A DNA stretch of 64,000 nt, taken from the NCBI GenBank assembly GCA_903889905.1, contig CAISZI010000047.1, positions 16,096 to 80,095 on the forward strand, in the 5' to 3' direction. Made by a program: the position numbers and the translations under genes. Below, in pieces: positions 18,732 through 29,251 of the stretch. The stretch's first letter is position 1. Each line of letters opens with the position of its first letter. The notes under the pieces are model-generated. The model made no database searches and was not told where the DNA came from. It saw only the letters and a program-made list of their open reading frames with translations. Source of the stretch: Candidatus Wirthbacteria bacterium (lineage in GTDB: Bacteria; Patescibacteriota; CG2-30-54-11).

Positions 18732-20378
18732 ATGAGCAGGATTTTCCCCATGTCCATTGCCCAACTTTCGGTTTACATCACGGGCGCGATTTGTCTGTTG
18801 ATCAGCTTACCCCTCACGGCACTGGTGCTGCTCAAGGATCCCAAACAAAAAAACAACCAACTACTGGCTCTGTATCTATTTAGCCACAGTATCTTTATTC
18901 AGGTCGTCGGCGTGCTCATTACTATGGCATCAAGCAACGCACACCTGTCCCGCATTTTCTATCAGGCGACGTTGTGTATCAATTTCATCTTGCCAATTTA
19001 TTCCATTTATACGGTTGTTTATCTGCGACTCCCCAGACAAAAATTGTTTTACCTGTTGACCGGTTTGTATTATCTGGTCTTTACCTATTTTTTTCTGTTC
19101 CAGTCAGGCAGTATTTCCTACCCGCTCATTTGGGACCAAAACCTCAATTACTACGCCACCAATGCTGCCAATATTCCAATCCTTTCCCTGGTGCTATCCA
19201 TCCTCGGCATGTTGTTGTGGATGTTTGGCATTATCCGCTTTGGACTGGCCCTGCGCCAGGAAAAGGTACCGATCAAACGCAACCGGTTGCGCTACCTCAC
19301 CTTTGCACCACTATTTTCACTGGTCGGTTATATTCTTGTTTCCAACAAAACAACGCATTTTCTGCCCTTTGACATGATTGGTGGCACGATCACGACGGCG
19401 CTCCTCACCTACGCCATCATCAAACACGAACTTCTGGATATCCGCGTCGTGATCAGACAATCCCTGCTTTATTCCCTGTTTGTGGCTGCCATCACCACGC
19501 TTTTTCTGGCCCTGGGTTATATCACTTCGCTCGTTTCCCAAAGCAACAGCGGCTACTTGCTTTCGCCCCAATCCTTTGTGGTGGCTTTGATTGTCGCTTT
19601 TGTTATCTTTATCCTGTACAACAACCAGCGCCGGGTCTCCCGTATTCTGGATGAAGAACGCCGTCTCAAGGAGCTGGACGAGAACATCATCATGATTGCC
19701 TCTCACAACCTGCGCACACCGCTCACGGCCATCAATGGCTACCTCGACATGCTGCAGTCCATGCCAGGCAGCACCGACGACAATGCCCGCAAAGTGATCA
19801 CCAGTCTAGCCCAAAACGTAGGACGTCTGTCCTTCACGATCAGTAAATTTCTGATGGTTTCCAAACTACGCAGTGACACCGCCATGCAGTTCGCCAATTT
19901 GGTCGAACTCAAACAGTTGGTGCAAAAAATGGCGGCGACTGTAAAGCCTCAAGCCGAGGCCAAAGGACTCCTGTTCACGCTCAAATTGCCGGAATTGGCT
20001 TTATACTGCAATGGTGATCTGCAACAGTTGGAAATGGCACTCACTATTTTGCTCGAAAATGCGATTAAATATACTGCCAAAGGTGAAATTGCGTTGTCGT
20101 TGGCAGCCGCCAACCAAAAAGCGTCGATCACTGTCACCGATACCGGATCCGGCATTGGCAAGGCAGACCAGGATAAACTTTTTCAAAAATTTTCGCAGCT
20201 AGGTGGGTTTAAAGGTCAGTACGAAGGATTGGGTCTGGGTTTGTATATTTTCAAATCGCTGATCGAAAACCATGGTGGCCAAGTGGGCCTGAACTCCAAG
20301 GCCAAACAAGGCAGCAGTTTCTGGTTTGAATTGCCACTGCAGCAACCAACGCCAGCTGAACCTGTGGCTAATCATTAG
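18732..20378 (+). CDS. Sensor histidine kinase with a polytopic (about 7-8 TM) N-terminal sensing domain
   Basis: HisKA H-box IASHNLRTPLTAINGYLDML; HATPase_c N/G1/G2 boxes (LENAIKYT, DTGSGIG, GLGLGLYIF); no response-regulator gene adjacent. Confidence 0.9.
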   Translation: MSRIFPMSIAQLSVYITGAICLLISLPLTALVLLKDPKQKNNQLLALYLFSHSIFIQVVGVLITMASSNAHLSRIFYQATLCINFILPIYSIYTVVYLRLPRQKLFYLLTGLYYLVFTYFFLFQSGSISYPLIWDQNLNYYATNAANIPILSLVLSILGMLLWMFGIIRFGLALRQEKVPIKRNRLRYLTFAPLFSLVGYILVSNKTTHFLPFDMIGGTITTALLTYAIIKHELLDIRVVIRQSLLYSLFVAAITTLFLALGYITSLVSQSNSGYLLSPQSFVVALIVAFVIFILYNNQRRVSRILDEERRLKELDENIIMIASHNLRTPLTAINGYLDMLQSMPGSTDDNARKVITSLAQNVGRLSFTISKFLMVSKLRSDTAMQFANLVELKQLVQKMAATVKPQAEAKGLLFTLKLPELALYCNGDLQQLEMALTILLENAIKYTAKGEIALSLAAANQKASITVTDTGSGIGKADQDKLFQKFSQLGGFKGQYEGLGLGLYIFKSLIENHGGQVGLNSKAKQGSSFWFELPLQQPTPAEPVANH

Positions 20379-20383
20379 GCTAT

Positions 20384-21159
20384 TTACATCTCATAAAACG
20401 AGACAATTTTCTTTTCTGCCTCGCCTTCAATCAATGCGCATATTTCTACCAGGTCGCGGATCGAAGAGCCCTGGAGTTTACGTTTCAGCAGTTCGTCAAT
20501 CTGAAAAATACCAGCGGAATTGGTCATGACAATTTCAATCCGCACCGGCTTTTTCTCGCCCTGCAACAGCTTGACCTCCTTGATCGCAAGTGATGAAACG
20601 GAATGGATATTGACCTCTCCCGCCTCAAACGAAATCCGTGAACGCCCTTCATTCATATCCAGAGCATCCGCTACTTTGACCACGCCAGCCTCAAGCGTGA
20701 GGCATTTGGTTGCGGCCTGGTGAGCATAAATTGCGTGCAGGACCTCAGCCTTGATGATCACTTGCTCGCGAGTTGTGTAATAATCCTGAAGTAGTCGATC
20801 AATGATCGGTGGCGCCAGCATGATACTGAATTCTTCATGATTGGAGCGGTGCACGACCATCCCGATGTCATGCAGCAGCGCTGCCAAAAAGGTGACGATT
20901 TCACTGTCCGCAAAGGTCATGCCGTAATTTTTCTCAATACCCGTCTGGATGTTATTTTTGTGCAGCAACCGCAACAGTTTCAAGGCGATGTTGATGACGA
21001 TTTTAATATGCACCGGCCCGTGATCGGGCATCCCGAGTCGATCGACGGCATTGATGTTGACACATTTATACATCTGGTCCAACGATTCATCCTGCTCCAC
21101 GCGCTTCAGCAGCTTGGCTAATTTGGGATTTTTGGAGGAAGGAAGATTCAGTTCCATCG
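20384..21159 (-). CDS. HD-domain metal-dependent phosphohydrolase
   Basis: H...HD...H...D pattern (PDHGPVHI; ALLHDIGMVVHRSNH); internal ATG at 21157 is preferred because GAGGG lies 7 nt upstream and a sigma70 promoter follows. Confidence 0.75.
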
Positions 21160-21193
21160 CCACGCCCTCAAAATGATAGACATAATTAGTTGT

Positions 21194-21223
21194 AGTATAG
21201 AAACCCATTTAATCCAATGTCAA
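21194..21223 (-). promoter_or_regulatory. Sigma70-type promoter for the HD-domain gene (TTGACA-18-TATACT)
   Basis: Minus-strand TTGACA, 18-nt spacer, TATACT; about 35 nt upstream of the 21157 start. Confidence 0.5.
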
Positions 21224-21299
21224 CGCAAATAGTCCGGGCAGGCATCAAAAACATGGTATAATTTCACTCTATCTAGCCATTAAGTAGAATCCTATCACC

Positions 21300-21725
21300 A
21301 TGACGATGGAGCAATCGGCAGAGCAAGACCCGTTCCCAAATGACTACCTTATCAATCCCGCCGAATTCCAAAACGTTCAACAAACACTGAGAGAACTGCT
21401 GGCTGCAACAGAATTACCGCAGGTCTTACAGGATCTCAGATTTCGTTTGCTGGGATTGATCCAGCCGCACCATACCGCATCGGCTCGCCAGGCGCGAGAG
21501 GCAGCCGTAGTAACAGCGACGATGCTCCTCGTAAGTGCCTGCGGCGCCGAGCTGCCAATGCAAATTAAACCAACGCCCCAACTAACCCCGTTAGTGTTTG
21601 CGCCTGCAACACCAACACCTGAGCCAACCCGCGACCCCAACAAAAACTGCAGCAAACCCCAAGTGCCGCCAGAATACCTTGATGCGGAAAGAAGTTTGCC
21701 AATCAAGACCAAAATGCATTTATGA
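21300..21725 (+). CDS. Hypothetical protein (Pro-rich C-terminal half)
   Basis: 141-aa ORF; shares ATGA (4 nt) with the next ORF. Confidence 0.35.
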   Translation: MTMEQSAEQDPFPNDYLINPAEFQNVQQTLRELLAATELPQVLQDLRFRLLGLIQPHHTASARQAREAAVVTATMLLVSACGAELPMQIKPTPQLTPLVFAPATPTPEPTRDPNKNCSKPQVPPEYLDAERSLPIKTKMHL

Positions 21726-22543
21726 ACATGATAGCCCGTTGTGCCATGGGCCTCTCGGACCAGCTGCCTCCGGATATCAGATGGAACGGTCAAATTGAAT
21801 TAATCCCGGGCAATGTTTCCCAAGCGTTAGTTGATCTGGAACGTAATGGCAATACTGTTGATATTCTCACCGTTCAAATGGGCCGTGATGTCTTGGACAA
21901 AGATTTGTTGCTGCGGAAGGAACTTGAAGGGAATGTGCTTGTACGGAGGGAATTCCCCAAAATCATGATCGAGTTTGTTGATCGCTGGAACACATGGGCT
22001 ACCACTGATGGTATAAATTTCTGGAATTCAGCAATCCCAGCAGTCGCTTCCTATGATGTAAAACTTAAACAACGATTTGATTCCGTCAACCAACAACAAC
22101 CATTAACGACAACATTAATGCAACCTATCGTGACCTCTGCTGGTCGAGAGCTGAATACTTATTTATCAACTGAAGTAGCGCTTTTTAATGATGTGATGGC
22201 TGCCGTTCAAAGTTTTACACCAGAAGAATGGATAAGAATAAATGGAACAAATGTTACACGCCCCTCCAATACAGGCTTAACTTGCGAGAATATCAAAGTA
22301 GTCTCTCAAGTTATTATGCTTAAAAACATGGCAAACACTTCTCTCCCCATCATGACTGCCCTGCTTTGTGACTACAAACCCAAAACATCCCAAAATCAGC
22401 TTGATGCTGGATTAAGTGGTTATGCTCGCACTAATCAATCCAATCGCCGTTTAAACAATAGAAGTAACGAGTTTGTTCCCAATCGTCAAGTCACTATCAA
22501 CCCGCAACAATCAAATCACACACAAAGACGCCAGTCTGATTAG
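21722..22543 (+). CDS. Hypothetical protein (Asn/Gln-rich C-terminus)
   Basis: 273-aa ORF with no recognisable motif; AT-rich codon usage relative to flanking genes. Confidence 0.4.
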   Translation: MNMIARCAMGLSDQLPPDIRWNGQIELIPGNVSQALVDLERNGNTVDILTVQMGRDVLDKDLLLRKELEGNVLVRREFPKIMIEFVDRWNTWATTDGINFWNSAIPAVASYDVKLKQRFDSVNQQQPLTTTLMQPIVTSAGRELNTYLSTEVALFNDVMAAVQSFTPEEWIRINGTNVTRPSNTGLTCENIKVVSQVIMLKNMANTSLPIMTALLCDYKPKTSQNQLDAGLSGYARTNQSNRRLNNRSNEFVPNRQVTINPQQSNHTQRRQSD

Positions 22544-22606
22544 AGCTAACACAAATAAGAACTGGTTTGGAAAGCATCACTGATTTGCATTTCTGGCGCG
22601 AATCAG

Positions 22607-23140
22607 CTAACCCCTGAAAAGTTCCGCAAACTGACTGCGGACTTTGTTCACTTTGGGAGCGATCACTAACTGACAGTAGGGTTTGCCGGCATTGACCCCA
22701 AAGTAACCCTGATGATAGTCTTCCGCCGGATAAAACTCCTGCATTGGTTGCAGTTCTGTGACGATCGGCGCAGCCAATTGACCGCTTTTTTCCAACTGTT
22801 GCAACAAGTTCATGGCTATGGCCTGCTGCGTTTGCGACGAATAAAAGATAACACTGCGGTATTCTGTTCCAACGTCATTCCCCTGACGATTGAGGGATGT
22901 GGGGTCGTGTAACTCCATAAAAACCTGCAGCAACTGCTCGTAGCGGATCACTTCTGGATCAAATTCAATCTGGACAACTTCGGCATGTCCGGTTTTGCCA
23001 CCACAAACTTGCTCATAAGTGGGATGTTGGACGCTGCCACCCGCATACCCTGAGGTAACTTTGGTCACGCCCAGCAAGTCAACAAAAATCGCTTCCAGAC
23101 ACCAAAAACAACCTCCACCCAGAACGGCGATTTCAGGCAT
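22607..23140 (-). CDS. msrA: Peptide methionine-S-sulfoxide reductase MsrA
   Basis: GGGCFWC active-site motif; 177 aa from the ATG at 23138-23140; the longer track ORF is an upstream extension. Confidence 0.9.
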   Translation of the reverse strand: MPEIAVLGGGCFWCLEAIFVDLLGVTKVTSGYAGGSVQHPTYEQVCGGKTGHAEVVQIEFDPEVIRYEQLLQVFMELHDPTSLNRQGNDVGTEYRSVIFYSSQTQQAIAMNLLQQLEKSGQLAAPIVTELQPMQEFYPAEDYHQGYFGVNAGKPYCQLVIAPKVNKVRSQFAELFRG

Positions 23141-23516
23141 GTTTGCCCTCCTCACTGGCAGGAACGAATTTAAGGGAAAGCGAATTGACGCAATGTCTGA
23201 CATTAGTGGCCGTAAGCTGCTCACCCTCAAACACATGCCCAAGGTGCCCGCCACATTGGCGACAAATAATTTCAGTACGCATTCCATCGCTATCAAGCCG
23301 GTGCTCGACCGCTCCCGAAATTTCATCATCAAAAGCCGGCCAACCACAGTGGGCGTCAAATTTGTTCTGCGACCGATAGAGAGGGGCTTCGCACTGACGG
23401 CAGAGATAGGTGCCGCTCGCAAACCAGGCATCGTACTCACCGCTAAACGGCCGTTCTGTCGCACGGTTTAAGATTACTTCCGCTTCCGCCCTAGTTAGTG
23501 TATTGTATCGAGGCAT
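23133..23516 (-). CDS. msrB: Peptide methionine-R-sulfoxide reductase MsrB
   Basis: Two CxxC zinc pairs ([16 protein letters not shown]) and the RTEIxC signature; overlaps msrA by 8 nt. Confidence 0.9.
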   Translation of the reverse strand: MPRYNTLTRAEAEVILNRATERPFSGEYDAWFASGTYLCRQCEAPLYRSQNKFDAHCGWPAFDDEISGAVEHRLDSDGMRTEIICRQCGGHLGHVFEGEQLTATNVRHCVNSLSLKFVPASEEGKHA

Positions 23517-23628
23517 GACATTCTCACATTTAGATTATCAAAGTTGAGCCTGCCAACTATAACACTCCTTTTCTTTTGATCCAATAACGGTTTAGAATAC
23601 CGGGTGTTTGTTTTGACTGGAAAATGGC

Positions 23629-23880
23629 ATGTCCAAAATCAAAATCCTGCTCCAACAGCGCGATGCAGTATTGGCATTAAGTATCCTTATTCTGATCGTA
23701 GGTATCGATGCCTCCTTCTATGCCTTTTCCCGACAAAAATTTATCTTTGTCCCACACCTTGCACCACTCAGTTCACCTCTCGTCGCGAATCCTGCCGTGC
23801 CTGTCAGTTCCCCTGTGGCTTTGCCCGAGAGCATTGAAGCCATGCCTTTTTTCAATGGCAACGACAGCAGCACCCCCTAG
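23629..23880 (+). CDS. Small hypothetical membrane/secreted protein
   Basis: 83-aa ORF with one hydrophobic helix; weak. Confidence 0.25.
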   Translation: MSKIKILLQQRDAVLALSILILIVGIDASFYAFSRQKFIFVPHLAPLSSPLVANPAVPVSSPVALPESIEAMPFFNGNDSSTP

Positions 23881-23908
23881 CTTATTTGCCAATTAGTCCA
23901 GGAATCCT

Positions 23909-25066
23909 ATGTTCGCATTGTCTATTGCCAAACGGTTTATCACCCACAACAAGACACAGTCTTTTTTTATTGTCCTGGGCATTGCGGTAGGGGTAGCCGT
24001 CCAGATTTTTGTCGGCATCCTCATCGACAGTCTCCAGGCCAACCTGATCGATAAAACTGTAGGCTCTTCGCCACACTTGGTCATCAGTAATAACGTCGAC
24101 ACGGCCAACTTGAATCGCTTTGCGGACCTTGAAACACAGCTCAAAGCCGACACCCGCGTCACCAAATTTACCGCCACAGCCACGGGCAATGTCTTTGTGC
24201 TGACCCCTGACAAAGGATATCCAGCACTGATTCAAGGTGTTGAATTTACTTCCAGCCAAAACGATGTTTTTGGTTTCCAAAAAAACCTCATGTCCGGCAC
24301 ATTGCCAGCGACTGCGAGTGATGCCTTAATTGGTCAGGATTTATTGAATAGCCTCAAAACACACATTGGGCAGCTGATCAATGTCGCCGATGCCCAAGGC
24401 AACAAACACACCCTCAAAATCACAGGCGTCGTGGATACCGGCGTCCTGAGTGTCAACCAGACACTGCTCGTGACCGACCTCAAGACAGCACAGGACTTTT
24501 TTGGTTATGGCAATGACGCCGCTTCGGTCGTTGTCCAGGTCAAGGATGTGTTCAATGTCGAAAAAGTCGCTTCCAGTCTTCCCACCTCATTAGCTGGGCA
24601 ACAATTACTCGTCAAGACCTGGAAACAAACCAATGCCCAGCTGCTGAGTGCCCTGGGCGGCCAAAGTTCGTCAAGCCTGATGATCCAGATATTTGTGCTG
24701 CTCTCGGTGGTCATTGCCATCGCCTCGGTCTTGAGTATCACGGTAATGCAGAAATCCCGCCAGATTGGCATTCTCAAAGCCATGGGAATTTCAGACCGCG
24801 ACGCCATCTGGGTTTTCCTGATTCAAGCTTTTATGCTCGGCATTCTGGGCGCCTCACTTGGCCTGGCCTTTGGTTTTGGTTTGTTTGGCAGTTTTATTAC
24901 CTTTGCCAAAACCGCGGATGGTTCACCTATTGTTACGCCCTACATTCGGACAATCTTTGTCAGCCTGACCTGGCTGATTGCCGTCGTCGCCGCAACCTTT
25001 GCCGGAGTGCTGCCAGCCCGCAAATCATCCGCCTTAAATCCTATCGAGATCATTCGCAATGGCTAA
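23909..25066 (+). CDS. FtsX-family ABC transporter permease (LolC/E- or MacB-permease-like)
   Basis: TM1, then a ~230-aa extracytoplasmic domain, then 3 C-terminal TM helices; overlaps the downstream ATPase gene by 8 nt. Confidence 0.85.
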   Translation: MFALSIAKRFITHNKTQSFFIVLGIAVGVAVQIFVGILIDSLQANLIDKTVGSSPHLVISNNVDTANLNRFADLETQLKADTRVTKFTATATGNVFVLTPDKGYPALIQGVEFTSSQNDVFGFQKNLMSGTLPATASDALIGQDLLNSLKTHIGQLINVADAQGNKHTLKITGVVDTGVLSVNQTLLVTDLKTAQDFFGYGNDAASVVVQVKDVFNVEKVASSLPTSLAGQQLLVKTWKQTNAQLLSALGGQSSSSLMIQIFVLLSVVIAIASVLSITVMQKSRQIGILKAMGISDRDAIWVFLIQAFMLGILGASLGLAFGFGLFGSFITFAKTADGSPIVTPYIRTIFVSLTWLIAVVAATFAGVLPARKSSALNPIEIIRNG

Positions 25067-25769
25067 CATCATCGCACTGCAACAAGTCAACAAAACCTAC
25101 AAAAACGGCGCACTTGAGACGCCCGTCTTGTTTGACATTAACCTCAATTTTGCTGCCGGTTCACTCAACTCGATCATTGGCCAGTCTGGCAGTGGCAAAA
25201 CCACACTCATGAACATAATGGGTATCCTGGACCAACCCACCTCCGGTGACGTGCTGATCAACGACCAGAATATTCAAACTCTCAACAAAAATGACCTGGC
25301 CAAACTGCGCAACCAGACCATTGGTTTTATTTTCCAGTTTCATTACCTGTTGCCCGAATACACAGTGCTCGAAAACACGCTCATGCCCGCTTTGATCCGC
25401 GACCGCAAACTGACTTCCGCCGCTACCATGCGCGCCAAAGAACTGCTCGACCTGGTTGGACTGGCGAACTGGATGGATAAACCCTCGACGCAAATTTCTG
25501 GAGGCCAGCAGCAACGCACCGCCATTGCCCGTGCCCTGATGAACAACCCGGCCATCATCCTCGCCGATGAACCCACCGGCAACCTGGACTCCAAAAGTTC
25601 AGACAGCATTCATGCGCTGTTCTGCACCATCAACCGCGAATTCAAAACCACATTCGTCATCATCACCCACGACGATCGCATTGCAGCCAAAACCGAACGC
25701 ATTGTTGAAATCCGGGATGGGCGCATCCTCAACAATGCTGACAACACGCTTGTGTTTAAAAATATCTAA
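25059..25769 (+). CDS. ABC transporter ATP-binding protein (LolD/MacB-ATPase-like)
   Basis: Walker [10 protein letters not shown], signature [15 protein letters not shown], Walker [12 protein letters not shown]. Confidence 0.9.
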   Translation: MANIIALQQVNKTYKNGALETPVLFDINLNFAAGSLNSIIGQSGSGKTTLMNIMGILDQPTSGDVLINDQNIQTLNKNDLAKLRNQTIGFIFQFHYLLPEYTVLENTLMPALIRDRKLTSAATMRAKELLDLVGLANWMDKPSTQISGGQQQRTAIARALMNNPAIILADEPTGNLDSKSSDSIHALFCTINREFKTTFVIITHDDRIAAKTERIVEIRDGRILNNADNTLVFKNI

Positions 25770-25833
25770 AAAATCTCCATCAAATCTACATCAATCCATT
25801 TTAAACTGCATTCCTATTACATGGAGGACTCGT

Positions 25834-26172
25834 ATGCCATCTATACCTGTTCAAACAATGGCTAAAAAGGCCAAACCAATACTGCTTGGCACTGCATTGA
25901 TCACAATAGCTCTGGCACTTTCTGCGTGTACAAACTCCAATACTGCCACCAACACCACAAACAATACTTCCAGCGCGACCCCCTCAACCACGCATCAGAT
26001 AACCTCCAATGCCACCTCAAATACCCCCACCAACACGACGAGCACCTCCTCCAGCAACACGTCCATTACCAATGACCTGAATGCCATCGATAGCCTGAAT
26101 ACCAGCCTCAACAACGATGTCCAGAGCTCACAAAGCGCGCTCAACGACCAAGCAACTAATTTAAACGAATAG
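25834..26172 (+). CDS. Ser/Thr/Asn-rich putative lipoprotein
   Basis: RBS GGAGGA 6 nt before the ATG; signal peptide with a lipobox-like LALSAC; the track ORF from 25567 is an out-of-frame extension over the ABC gene. Confidence 0.5.
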   Translation: MPSIPVQTMAKKAKPILLGTALITIALALSACTNSNTATNTTNNTSSATPSTTHQITSNATSNTPTNTTSTSSSNTSITNDLNAIDSLNTSLNNDVQSSQSALNDQATNLNE

Positions 26173-26180
26173 GATTAGCC

Positions 26181-26906
26181 ATGACAAAAAAAACGCTCCT
26201 CAGTACCATGCTGCTTGCGACATTGACGCTGGCGCCCATTGTCAGTTTTGCTGCTGTCACCAATACGACCATCGCTCCCAAAACCAACGCTGATGCCAAA
26301 ACTGCAGCCCAGCAAAAAACCATCGATAGCCTCAAAACGCGTGCCACCACCGAAATTGATCGACGCGTCACCGCACTCACTGCTCTGGTCACCAAGATCA
26401 GTGCGATGAAGCGACTGACCACGACACAAAAAGCCTCATTTGCCGCGGAAGTTCAATCCAACATCACGGCATTGAACGCTCTCAAGACCAAAATCGTAGC
26501 TGACACCGACCTTGCCACGCTCAAAACCGACGTCAAATCCATCGTCGATTCGTATCGCATTTATCTACTTTTTATGCCCAAAATCCATATCCTTTCTGCG
26601 GTCGATGTCGGCAGCCAGATAATCACCAAATTCAGCGACGTCATTACCAAACTGCAAACACGGATTACGGCCATAACCACGGAAAAAACCACACTGCAAG
26701 CCAAACTGGATGACATGAAAGCCAAAATAACCGATGCCACGACCCAGTTTAGCCAAGCTTCCAGAGCTGTCATTGCCCTTGATCCAACTGGCTACCCTGG
26801 CAACAAAACGCAACTTCAAGCAGCCCATCAGTTGATTGTTGCCGCCAATGCCGATCTCAAAACGGCGCGCCAGGATGCCAAAGACATTATGGCCGCGCTT
26901 AAGTAG
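26181..26906 (+). CDS. Secreted coiled-coil protein of unknown function
   Basis: Cleavable signal peptide (LAPIVSFAAV); heptad-like Ala/Thr/Lys-rich sequence. Confidence 0.5.
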   Translation: MTKKTLLSTMLLATLTLAPIVSFAAVTNTTIAPKTNADAKTAAQQKTIDSLKTRATTEIDRRVTALTALVTKISAMKRLTTTQKASFAAEVQSNITALNALKTKIVADTDLATLKTDVKSIVDSYRIYLLFMPKIHILSAVDVGSQIITKFSDVITKLQTRITAITTEKTTLQAKLDDMKAKITDATTQFSQASRAVIALDPTGYPGNKTQLQAAHQLIVAANADLKTARQDAKDIMAALK

Positions 26907-26998
26907 GGCAACTTAACCGTCAACATTCTCTCCTTTCGCTCTCCAGCCCACGCCAGTTTTGCGGTGGGCTGGTTTGTGTTTGCGGCCAGTTTTTGGCG

Positions 26999-27835
26999 CT
27001 AAGCGGCTGAAGGGCGTCGTGTACGCAGACCAAACCATAGGCCGCCGATAACGACCACGTAACCGACATAACCAACGACCTCTAACACCGATGGATTGCC
27101 AGAGTAACCAAACAGGCTGCTCAAAATACTGCCAACCGTCCCCTGATCATGCAGCGGCGGAAAAGAGCCATCCGCATTGAGTGGCGGGTTAATATTCCAC
27201 ACATGGTAATTAGAACGTGGCAAAACAGCCGCTTCCTGATATTCGTGTACTGAATGCTCAACCAAACCAGCGGCAAAGATGAGCAGAAGCAAATTCGTGA
27301 CGACAAAAAATTTCCGCAGCGAAATATGCACTAACCCCCGAAACAATGCCAGACTAAACGCTCCCGCCAGCAACATTCCGGCAAACACACCGATCAGGTT
27401 ATTGTCTTTGGATACCAGATTTGCCGATCCCACAAACAGCACCAGTTCAATGCCTTCGCGCAAAATCGCGCTCGCAACCAGCACGAATATGCCTGTTGCG
27501 CTGGCCTTTTGGACATGCCCGGCGACTTGGTTTTCCCATCCTGCTGTATTTTTTTCATGCCGCAGTACCCACAAAATCATCGTCGTAATCATCACCGCAC
27601 CAATCAACATCACCGTGCCCTCAAAAATTTGTTCTGCCCGGCCATCAAACCCGCCCGTAAGCCGCACAAACAACCATGCGCCGGCCACACTCCCGGCAAC
27701 GCCAAAAAAGATAGCGGCATACACACTGCGGTTAAACCGCGTTTGCCCGGTACGACGCAAAAATCCCAGCACAATGCCAACCACCAAAAACGCTTCCACC
27801 GCCTCGCGGAAAGCTAGCAACAGACTAGTGAGCAT
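26999..27835 (-). CDS. FTR1/EfeU-family high-affinity iron permease
   Basis: Two RExxE motifs (REAVE in TM1, REGIE in TM4) and 7 TM helices. Confidence 0.8.
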   Translation of the reverse strand: MLTSLLLAFREAVEAFLVVGIVLGFLRRTGQTRFNRSVYAAIFFGVAGSVAGAWLFVRLTGGFDGRAEQIFEGTVMLIGAVMITTMILWVLRHEKNTAGWENQVAGHVQKASATGIFVLVASAILREGIELVLFVGSANLVSKDNNLIGVFAGMLLAGAFSLALFRGLVHISLRKFFVVTNLLLLIFAAGLVEHSVHEYQEAAVLPRSNYHVWNINPPLNADGSFPPLHDQGTVGSILSSLFGYSGNPSVLEVVGYVGYVVVIGGLWFGLRTRRPSAA

Positions 27836-27984
27836 GTTTCCCTTTGGTTAACTCATTGCAAATCACTAAAAGTATAACAGCGCCGGGAGTATCACTCAAG
27901 TCACGACTTTACCAATCCGGCGTCATAATGTTTGAAATCAACGCTTAGTTAGACGTATGATGCAGGCGATTTTAACGAGGAGGC

Positions 27985-28446
27985 ATGTGGATGAAAATAC
28001 GGATTCGCAAACCGAATCGAATCAGTCTGTATTTCTTCGGACTGTTACTTTTATTTCTGTTGAATATTTTTACGCCCTATGGCAAGTATCCATTCGGTAT
28101 CTATGCCCTACTCGGGTTTGTCATTGCCCTAATCAAGGAATTCGGACCCAATCCCTTGTCCACGCATCGTCCCAATGAGTTCTATTCCTGGACGGCTGGG
28201 GGCCCAGTACTCTTCTGTCTTTCAGATCTTTTGCGTGCCATTCCCCATGTCAGCCAAGCCTTTGTCTTGGCCATTACTGTCTACGTTGTTTATGCGTTAG
28301 TGCTCTTTGTGGCACAAATTTTTAAATTCCCTTTTTTCGTCGCCCGCCCTCGACCGACTTGGTTCAGGTACCTGACTGTGATCATGTTGATTTATATTAT
28401 CGTGCTCATTGGCATTGGTCTGTTTTACCTGTTCCCAGCTCAATGA
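27985..28446 (+). CDS. Hypothetical membrane protein
   Basis: 153-aa ORF with 4 hydrophobic helices; AT-rich. Confidence 0.4.
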   Translation: MWMKIRIRKPNRISLYFFGLLLLFLLNIFTPYGKYPFGIYALLGFVIALIKEFGPNPLSTHRPNEFYSWTAGGPVLFCLSDLLRAIPHVSQAFVLAITVYVVYALVLFVAQIFKFPFFVARPRPTWFRYLTVIMLIYIIVLIGIGLFYLFPAQ

Positions 28447-28528
28447 ATCTAAGCCGTCCGGGCGCCAACCCGATTTATTTCGACCTCTCGACATTTAAAT
28501 TTTTCTTCAAAAAAATGAATAACAGCTA

Positions 28529-29005
28529 ATGAAAATCCTGATTTCCAAATCAAAATTCTTTTTATGGTTAACACTCGGCGTCTTCCTGATCATGGCGGTT
28601 TTGGCAGCCCTATCAAAACCCTTTCAGCTTGTGTTTGGCCTTGTGTATATAGTTTTCTGTGTTTTTGTACTAATTCGAAAACCGACAGAATCTCCTGCCA
28701 CGGAAAAAGGACAATTTGCTGAATGGTATGGCCGGTTTAGAATCCTGGCGTGGTGTTGTTTATTCATCATCTGCTGGGTGCCCAAATCCGACACTCTCTA
28801 TCAAATTGTCGTTGGCGTGACGGTCACTGTTGTCCTGGGATTGTTTGCCGTCGCTCATGTCGCTTTTCGCTTTAATCTTTACAAACCTAAACCTTCCAGA
28901 CCCAAATCCGTGCAACGTGTCCAGAGACTATTCCTGGCATTCCAGATTTACCTGCTCATTCTGGGCTCCATTGGTGCCTATCACGTAATCTATCTTCATC
29001 AATAA
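28529..29005 (+). CDS. Hypothetical membrane protein
   Basis: 158-aa ORF with 4 hydrophobic helices. Confidence 0.4.
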   Translation: MKILISKSKFFLWLTLGVFLIMAVLAALSKPFQLVFGLVYIVFCVFVLIRKPTESPATEKGQFAEWYGRFRILAWCCLFIICWVPKSDTLYQIVVGVTVTVVLGLFAVAHVAFRFNLYKPKPSRPKSVQRVQRLFLAFQIYLLILGSIGAYHVIYLHQ

Positions 29006-29020
29006 TCCCAAGGAATTCCC

Positions 29021-29206
29021 ATGGGCATCATCGACACCCTCAAAAAACTCGGCATCATCAAGGTCGGCGGCGACAGTTATAGCGGAAACCTCAAAGATCG
29101 TTCTGGTAGTTTCAACACCAACGACTCGTTTAACGTCAAACAACCCCAGCCACCCAAGCAAACGGAAGAGGACAAACCATCCTCGCCACCCGTTTCCGAC
29201 AAATAA
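29021..29206 (+). CDS. Small hypothetical protein
   Basis: 61-aa ORF 16 nt after the previous gene; no motif. Confidence 0.2.
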   Translation: MGIIDTLKKLGIIKVGGDSYSGNLKDRSGSFNTNDSFNVKQPQPPKQTEEDKPSSPPVSDK

Positions 29207-29251
29207 TCCCACCGCGGGCATGGCAAGCCGTCTTACCAATACAGCAATCCT

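Noticed and set aside
22607-23464. 285-aa fused ORF spanning msrA
   Set aside because: The N-terminal 108 codons overlap msrB out of frame and have no MsrA homology. The true msrA start is the ATG at 23138-23140, just before the GCFWC motif.
25567-25833. 5' extension of the 201-aa ORF over the end of the ABC ATPase gene
   Set aside because: Out-of-frame overlap with a well-supported ATPase. The lipoprotein gene starts at 25834, after a GGAGGA RBS.
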